Below, one piece after another: positions 58,211-64,000 of a DNA stretch of 64,000 nt; within the stretch, counting starts at the first letter, position 1, and each line of letters starts with the position of its first letter. Both the position numbers and the translations under genes were made by a program. The notes beneath the pieces were generated by a model. It worked only from the letters and a program-made list of their open reading frames with translations, did not search any database and was not told where the DNA came from. Origin of the DNA: Candidatus Micrarchaeia archaeon (GTDB lineage: Archaea; Micrarchaeota; Micrarchaeia; CAILAH01); assembly GCA_038874595.1 (NCBI GenBank), contig JAVZCB010000001.1, positions 64,001-128,000 of the forward strand, in the 5' to 3' direction.

Positions 58211-58395
58211 AGCACCTGCCAATCTTTTTAATTTATTCATTTTTATCATATGGGTTTTGCGATAGCAAAACTGCCTGGGTTTGTAAAGAGGCGGATGCGC
58301 CCTTACACAGGGTGGTGGTCAGATCACGGGGGCACCTGTGTTGTGATAACACACAAAGTTGTAAAGCAATTCAAGCCCCCGCTCGTGTTCCACTC

Positions 58396-58596
58396 GCAGG
58401 GGTGGCGGAGCCCGGCCAAACGCGCAGGACTTAAGGCACTGATGGGGAACCAGCGGTTCCCCTCGTGTGGTCTACACCCCTCCTTTACGGAGGGCGTGTG
58501 GCACATAACGTCTTAAGTTATGACCTCTGAAAAGAGGGATGATATAAGAAATCCTGTGGCCTAGCGCCTACGTGAGTTCAAATCTCACCCCCTGCA
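58396..58596 (+). tRNA. tRNA-Leu(UAA) with 115-nt intron at 37/38 (58436..58550)
   Basis: GCAGGGG/CCCCTGC acceptor, CAGGA/TCCTG anticodon stem, long variable arm, GTGAG-TTCAAAT-CTCAC; central helix CTTA/TAAG. Confidence 0.93.
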
Positions 58597-58609
58597 CTAA
58601 AACCACATC

Positions 58610-59221
58610 TCTAAGCACAAGCCTATTCCGCATTATCACGCCGAATTTGGCGCGAACCACAATAAGTAGTTCACAGCATTTTGATTTATGCATCTCTAGT
58701 ACTATGATTATGGTAGAGTGCGCAAGGAAGCTGAATATCAGGACCCTGTTTCTAGAAAAACCGCCTCTTACCAGCACACCGAAAATGCCGACTGCTGCGG
58801 TAATTCATGGGCGATTATTGCGACTATTGTGGCAATGCCCAATGCTGTACTTACAAAAAAGTTGCTGCAAGCACAAGGCCTCTAAGAAAATTATGCAATC
58901 CCCACTTACCAGGATCGCGAAGGAGAATGAACATCGCATTTAAATCTATGTCAATGGAAGTAAGATTCAAGAAGATGAAAAGTATGAAATCCGCAAGCGT
59001 CAGTGTAAATGCCTGCCCAGCATTGATTTTTTCAAGCGATTCGGGTAACAGATGAAAGAATTCGGCTCCAAGCAGGCTGCCGGCAGCGAACGCCATCAGT
59101 ACATTTGCGATTTTGTTGAGGTCATGCCGGCTGAGCTACAGCGAGAATATGCCAACGAGGCCGAGCAGGGAATCAGCAATGGCCGAGACGGTTATCTATA
59201 AAAATGCATCTGCTGTGCCAT
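58610..59221 (-). pseudogene. ZIP-family metal transporter pseudogene
   Basis: Fragments AFAAGSLLGA.FFHLLPE, GLHNF..GL, IIAHELPQ split by stops and frameshifts; ends approximate. Confidence 0.75.
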
Positions 59222-59245
59222 CTAATAAAACCAAGTATGTTTAAA

Positions 59246-59634
59246 TCATTTGCCCATGAGCTTTCTCGCATTTTTGTTAAACATTTTCCCGGTTTTTCTT
59301 ACCATTTCCAGCAATCCGCTATCGCTCGCTCTTTCTCTGCTCTCATACAGCTTGTTCTTTTCCGCATGGACGTATATCATTGTTGTCTGCAGGGTGGTAT
59401 GGCGTGCAAATTGGGAGCCAGTATGACATTCCAGTCATTTCTGCGGCAGAAGTTGGTAATGGCGTAATGCCTTAGGGAATGCGGCGAAAGCCGGTACAGC
59501 GGCTTTGGTTTTCTATCTGCGCCATAGCCGTAAACCTCATTCAGCTTCGCTTTCTTGATATATCCGTGGAAAGGAGAGCTTGCTGTTTCGCTTGTGATAT
59601 GCGGCTCGGTATCATAACTGAAAACGCAAAGCAA
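59246..59634 (-). pseudogene. Tyrosine recombinase/integrase C-terminal remnant
   Basis: LSPHSLRHYAIT, then after a frameshift FARHTTLQTTMIYVH (H-x-x-R, H, Y catalytic residues); 5' part missing. Confidence 0.8.
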
Positions 59635-60816
59635 TCATCTCAAAAGCTGCGGGGCGAACAGCAGCATCAGGCCAAGCACGACCATAATTATCCCTCCGAT
59701 AAGCTTGCAGTATTTCGCGTATTTTTCCCCGACACTGCTGCTTATGGCAAGGCCGGCCAAGCCGAATATTATAAGGTCGTCCATCATAAAGAAAATATCA
59801 TAGAGAAGTATGTATGCGTATCTTTCTACGACGCCGATGGCCTTCAATGCCAAGACCTGCGTAAAGACGGCGGGAATTGCGGACGAGCATACAAATTCGA
59901 CCGAATTGACGACGAATGCAAGCGCCACTATGGATATGAGTATCCCGATGGACAGCGGCTGTGATATGATATGCTGGATTTTGCTCTCGGTTTTACTGTG
60001 GTTTTCCTCGCCCCCGACTTTGCACGCGAGTGCGCCCTTGGTAGTGAGGTACTCCTTCAGGCTCAGCACACCGCCTCCAAGCGCGACAATACCTATCAGG
60101 ATAGTGACCGGTCGCAGATAGCCGATTATGAGAAATGCGTTAAGCCACGCGGTCATAAAGAGGAAGTAGAGCACCCCTGAAGCAAAGAGAAAGCTCCCGA
60201 TTATCAGCCAGAACCTCCTCTTGTCGTCCACGTTCAAAAGTAAGCCTATCAGGTAAACGAGAACCCACATAGCGCAGGGATTGAAGCCATCCACAAGGCC
60301 GAGCGTGATCGCCAGCACTGGAAGAGAGACGGACATCAGGTCGGTGCGGCCTAAAAACGGCAGGTCAAATTCGGTGACTACAGCGGCACTTTCCCCTGCA
60401 GCACAGTTTGGCTGGCAGTACTGAATGGCTGCAATCAGCTCTTCTTTCGAGTGCACCCCGACCAGTGCTTTTTTCCCAACGAATGTTGTCGGAACCCAAA
60501 GGCTGGAGGTGTCCAGCCCGGATTCTGCGGCAAGCCGGTAAAACAGCTCGATTCCCTCCGGTGTCGATGCATCATGGAACAGGAATGAAACATTTTCCAT
60601 TTCTTGCGCAAGCTCGTTTATTATCAGCTTTTGCTCCGCGCAGTGCGGGCAGGTCGGCAGGTAGAATACATGAACCGTGAATTTTTCTTCCTGTAGCGGC
60701 TGTTCCCCAGCTCCGCTGAAGAAAACTGCTAGCCCCAGCACGAGCAGCACTGCCACCAAGTATAAGTTGAATTTTTCTTTCAAAAATTCCTGCATTGACT
60801 CTATAATATTTACCAT
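59635..60816 (-). CDS. Glutaredoxin-domain membrane protein (CcdA/DsbD-like TM region)
   Basis: CPHC, VPT, GLVDGFNPCAMWVL, VEFVCS. Confidence 0.8.
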   Translation of the reverse strand: MVNIIESMQEFLKEKFNLYLVAVLLVLGLAVFFSGAGEQPLQEEKFTVHVFYLPTCPHCAEQKLIINELAQEMENVSFLFHDASTPEGIELFYRLAAESGLDTSSLWVPTTFVGKKALVGVHSKEELIAAIQYCQPNCAAGESAAVVTEFDLPFLGRTDLMSVSLPVLAITLGLVDGFNPCAMWVLVYLIGLLLNVDDKRRFWLIIGSFLFASGVLYFLFMTAWLNAFLIIGYLRPVTILIGIVALGGGVLSLKEYLTTKGALACKVGGEENHSKTESKIQHIISQPLSIGILISIVALAFVVNSVEFVCSSAIPAVFTQVLALKAIGVVERYAYILLYDIFFMMDDLIIFGLAGLAISSSVGEKYAKYCKLIGGIIMVVLGLMLLFAPQLLR

Positions 60817-61047
60817 TTACATCCCCAGTAATTCCTTTATCTTTTTGATATCGTAGCCTATAACAAAGTTTCCGTTTATTTCCGTCACCGGCACGCTTCT
60901 GACTCCTGTTTTTTCAGATACGCGCTTTGCCGCATCAGGATTTTTTGAAATGTCCACTTCTTCGAATTTTATATTGTTCTGCTTAAGGAAATTCTTGACC
61001 AGCACGCAATATGGGCAACCGGGTGCAGTGTATAGAATCACTTCCAT
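60817..61047 (-). CDS. Glutaredoxin (NrdH-like)
   Basis: YTAPGCPYC, SVPV. Confidence 0.9.
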   Translation of the reverse strand: MEVILYTAPGCPYCVLVKNFLKQNNIKFEEVDISKNPDAAKRVSEKTGVRSVPVTEINGNFVIGYDIKKIKELLGM

Positions 61048-61095
61048 TCAATAACCCCCTTTCAATCATTCATGAAAATTCACAGCCTCGTCAGG

Positions 61096-61377
61096 TCATG
61101 GCTGGCGTATGCCGGGCACAGTTTCTGAGTTTTCTCCATATCTTCTGGCAAGAAATGATACCCGCACTTCCAGCATTCGTATCCTCCCGACAGCCATTTG
61201 GCTACCAGGTGGATAAGATGCGACAGCAAGTACTTTATTAGTGCAAGTTTTCGAACAGAAGTGGGCTGATTTTTTCTTTATTCTGATGTATACGAATTCA
61301 GCCCCGAGCCAGTTCCACACTGGCTGCATTTTTTTCTCTTTTTTGTATTTCTTAAAGCAGTTGGTGCATTTTCCCAT
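61096..61377 (-). CDS. Small Cys-containing hypothetical protein (TRASH/YHS-like)
   Basis: MGKCTNC...HFCSKTC; 3' end may be degenerate. Confidence 0.4.
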   Translation of the reverse strand: MGKCTNCFKKYKKEKKMQPVWNWLGAEFVYIRIKKKSAHFCSKTCTNKVLAVASYPPGSQMAVGRIRMLEVRVSFLARRYGENSETVPGIRQP

Positions 61378-61409
61378 ATTTGGTACGCCCCCAAAAACTA
61401 TGGATGTGA

Positions 61410-61772
61410 CTATTTCCCTCCGCAACAGCCTGCCGGCTTTTCTGCGGCCCCTTTCAATTTCTTTTCCAGCTCCTCTTTTGCCTGTGCAATAACTTTGTTC
61501 TCAACGATTATCTTCTGTAGCTCTGCCTTGTCAGGAAAACTTATCGCGTTGAAAAGACAGGTGTTCGAGCAGGTCACGCAGCCCACAAGGCAGTTGTTCG
61601 GTCTTGCAACAACAGGTTTGTTGCTTTTCAGGTCCCAGTCGTACACATTCCTGCCGCATCCTGTTATGCACATCCCGCAGCCAACGCATTTGCTTTTGTC
61701 AACCGTGGGATTCCATTTTATCCTATCCCTTGGAATCCCATGCCATTCTGAAAACTTTTTGTCATCTGCCAT
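61410..61772 (-). CDS. 4Fe-4S dicluster ferredoxin with C-terminal CC
   Basis: CVGCGMCITGC, CLVGCVTCSNTC; ends GCCGGK. Confidence 0.88.
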   Translation of the reverse strand: MADDKKFSEWHGIPRDRIKWNPTVDKSKCVGCGMCITGCGRNVYDWDLKSNKPVVARPNNCLVGCVTCSNTCLFNAISFPDKAELQKIIVENKVIAQAKEELEKKLKGAAEKPAGCCGGK

Positions 61773-61782
61773 ATTATTACCT

Positions 61783-62085
61783 CTATTCTGCCATGCAGCA
61801 TTTACTTTTCAAGCAAGTACCCTTTTTGTGTCCCAATGCCTTGAACACATCGCACACGCGATAGTCTTTTATCTGATAAAATACTTTTTGCCCTTCACGA
61901 TGCGACTCTAGAATACCGGCAAGCTCTAGTTTGGAGAGCTGGAACGAAACTGAGGATTGAGTTCGTTTTACTTTAGGAAAAATCTCGCATACACATTTTT
62001 TTCCATCTAGAAGCAGGGCCAATATGTTAAATCTTGTTTCGTCGGCCATTGCTTTCAGAAATCTTACATCATCCTTATGTTTCAT
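61783..62085 (-). CDS. arsR: ArsR/SmtB regulator (paralogue of 54760..55059)
   Basis: KAMADETRFNI, CVCEIFP, C-terminal CC. Confidence 0.9.
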   Translation of the reverse strand: MKHKDDVRFLKAMADETRFNILALLLDGKKCVCEIFPKVKRTQSSVSFQLSKLELAGILESHREGQKVFYQIKDYRVCDVFKALGHKKGTCLKSKCCMAE

Positions 62086-62185
62086 ATTAATCTAGATATT
62101 AATATATACCAATATTTAAAAACCTAGCAAACCTAGCTGTACTAATTACTACGAGTATTTGTTTGTAATCTTGACTGGTAGTGAT

Positions 62186-62420
62186 ATGAAAATAGAGATT
62201 CTTGATTCAGCTGCCAACTGTAAAAAACTCAAGGAGAACGCAAGAAGAGCAACTTCTGAGCTTGGCATAAGTGTAGAATTCGAGAAATGACGGATTTCAC
62301 AAAAAAATTGCTTCTTATTCTTATAGTATTATGTCTACTCCAGCGCTCGTAATTGATGGGGAAGTTAAAAGCATACGGACGGATTCCCTCTGTTGAAGAA
62401 GTAAAAATTATGTTAAAGGG
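62186..62420 (+). pseudogene. Degraded MTH895-like thioredoxin
   Basis: MKIEIL..ANCKKL, then stop/frameshifts, then IMSTPALVIDGEVK and GRIP fragments. Confidence 0.7.
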
Positions 62421-62425
62421 ATTGG

Positions 62426-62530
62426 ATGGATTCAATTGAGGGTTTGGTGCAGTGGTTTGTTTTCAGTGTCCTTGGGTTAACGCCGGCAGCCAGCTCGGTG
62501 AAGCATCTGCATTCTTTTTATTTGACGTTT
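62426..62530 (+). pseudogene. Possible 5' remnant of an ArsP-type permease
   Basis: MDSIEGLVQWFVFSVLGLTP resembles permease N-termini; position mirrors the intact arsR/trx/permease cluster. Confidence 0.4.
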
Positions 62531-62667
62531 GTAAGTATCGGCAAATTTATTTATGTTGATATAGATGTCTTTACGTTGATGGAGACCCGAGACCAGGCAG
62601 GCGGATATTTCCCCTGCACTCGGGTTTTTAGCAAGGTATTTAAATTTTAAATCATCTATGGTAAAAA

Positions 62668-63360
62668 ATGCGCTTACAACAATATCAAAATCAGAATGAT
62701 TATAGAAGTCTTAATGGGTTCATAGGAAAAAATATGTTTAACAAGGATTTTGTAATGAGTTTGTCGCATTATATTGCATCAAAATATTTCCCAAAAGATG
62801 GTGACTTGTTGTTTTATGATAAGGAAGAGGCATACTCGCTTGCAAAGCGCGTATGCATAAATGCATTACAGCGTGGGATTAGCGTTAATACTCTAAAAGA
62901 GTTTGCGGAGAAAGCAACAACCGCAGAAGCATTTAATATGCAAGTGTCCCGATATTTTGGCCTTGCGGTTGAAGAGAACACGCGCAAGCGCGCATACATA
63001 AACTTATACAGGAAAGAGAAGGAGGTACTTTTAAAGGTATTTGGTCTCACAGAGAAGGACGTAGAGGACCTCGCGTGGGGTGTGCTATCATTTTCTAAAA
63101 CAGAACAGCTTTATTCCCAAATAGAAGCGTATGCGCGTTTGCTTGACAGGAGATTAAGCATATATCAAAACTCGCGTGATATTGCGGTTAAATTCTTATC
63201 TATCAGGTGGGGCCTTGATGAGGGGTTCCCCAAGCCGATAAAGCAGGTTAGTTGTGAGATGGGGCTTTCAGATACTACCAACCACAAGATAAGGAAACTT
63301 ATGGATGAGATTTTAGAGGGTTTGATTGAGGCTGCACGAAAAAGAAGAAAAACCCTTTAA
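62668..63360 (+). CDS. Hypothetical protein with sigma70 region-4-like C-terminal HTH
   Basis: FLSIRWGLDEGFPKPIKQVSCEMGLS resembles the LRFGL...TL.EV...G.. region-4 pattern. Confidence 0.55.
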   Translation: MRLQQYQNQNDYRSLNGFIGKNMFNKDFVMSLSHYIASKYFPKDGDLLFYDKEEAYSLAKRVCINALQRGISVNTLKEFAEKATTAEAFNMQVSRYFGLAVEENTRKRAYINLYRKEKEVLLKVFGLTEKDVEDLAWGVLSFSKTEQLYSQIEAYARLLDRRLSIYQNSRDIAVKFLSIRWGLDEGFPKPIKQVSCEMGLSDTTNHKIRKLMDEILEGLIEAARKRRKTL

Positions 63361-63442
63361 TCTTTGGTAAGGGTCTCATTTAGTTGTTAGCCATTTGGTA
63401 AGGTTTTTTAACCGGAAGTTGCCCAAAATAGGTGAGTGCCTC

Positions 63443-64000
63443 ATGAACAAAACTTATAACAAGCTGGTAAAAAAGACAGAGGGCAAGATTCTTGAAGAAG
63501 ATATGCGTAGGGATCATTTCAGGCAGGTTGCCAAGAGGTATTTTTCGCTCTGTTATGATGTAGAAGTTAAGAGGAGGATTATTGATGACCTGTCAGAAAA
63601 AATTGCTGTTAAATCCAGTTATGGGATTAGTGATGCCGGGCTGGTTTCAGCAAGGAATAATACATATGCGCAGCTTAGGGAATCTTCAAAGAAGAAAAGG
63701 CTAACCGAGGTAGTTGTCCAGAACACAGTAAAAACGCCTGAGGATGTTTGCCTGTTTATGGATAAGGCGCGTGAAGTGCATTTTGAAAAAGATAAGAATA
63801 ATTTCTTTTATGAGCTTAACAACGTATTCTGGCACGGTGCTTTGTTTGGGATTGCGCTGTGGTGTGTTGATGCCTTTATTACGGTGTTTTCAACAGAATT
63901 CCGCAATTCGCTCAATATTGGCGCGTTCCTGAAAGATGTTTTTAGCTCGCTGCCTTTTGCAGTATTGATATCAACTGGCATCTCATTCATATATCATATA
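63443..64000 (+). CDS. Hypothetical membrane protein (runs off window end)
   Basis: Open frame MNKTYNKLVKKTEGK... to 64000; SD aggtga; two hydrophobic segments. Confidence 0.6.
   Translation, partial: MNKTYNKLVKKTEGKILEEDMRRDHFRQVAKRYFSLCYDVEVKRRIIDDLSEKIAVKSSYGISDAGLVSARNNTYAQLRESSKKKRLTEVVVQNTVKTPEDVCLFMDKAREVHFEKDKNNFFYELNNVFWHGALFGIALWCVDAFITVFSTEFRNSLNIGAFLKDVFSSLPFAVLISTGISFIYHI

Noticed and set aside
58310-58392. Resemblance to the 5' half of 5S rRNA (GGTGGTCA...GGGGGCACCTG...AAGCCCCC)
   Set aside because: It lacks the conserved CCGAAC loop and the 3' domain.
58250-58516. 88-aa ORF
   Set aside because: It overlaps tRNA-Leu and a hairpin-rich region and has no protein motif.
249-63990. 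Many Ser/Ile/Phe-rich ORFs antisense to identified genes
   Set aside because: They are shadow frames produced by the codon bias of the real genes.

Overview
Archaeal chromosomal segment. It carries PolD DP1/DP2, rpl15e, rpl40e, Rpp30/Pop5, EF-1beta, Cdc48 and intron-containing tRNAs without encoded CCA; the compact genes and gene set suggest a DPANN lineage such as Micrarchaeota (inference). Positions ~1-41 kb are mostly housekeeping: HerA, GlyA, CysS, PheST, H+-PPase, Cdc48, SMC, XPF, an ABC exporter and PolD. Three tRNA genes carry BHB-type introns, including a tRNA-Arg(UCG) with two introns (37/38 and T-loop 59/60). Three things stand out. (1) The variable locus between the convergent DP2 and Mg2+ P-type ATPase genes holds two cargo blocks in tandem. 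They are separated by a junction made of a duplicated ATPase 3' end and a duplicated, synonymously recoded DP2 3' end, with no integrase nearby. Cargo A is AT-rich and holds an RmuC-like nuclease, ORFans and a three-gene operon around a MORC/GHKL ATPase (candidate new defence system). Cargo B holds a GTPase-domain-only FtsZ-like protein and a type II R-M pair. (2) A fluoride (crcB) riboswitch leads an operon of an unannotated Zn-finger microprotein, a dynamin-like GTPase and a small membrane protein, with no fluoride exporter in the window. (3) A decaying metal/redox island lies next to tRNA-Leu, with a tyrosine-integrase remnant. All calls come from motif recognition by eye; no database searches were run.
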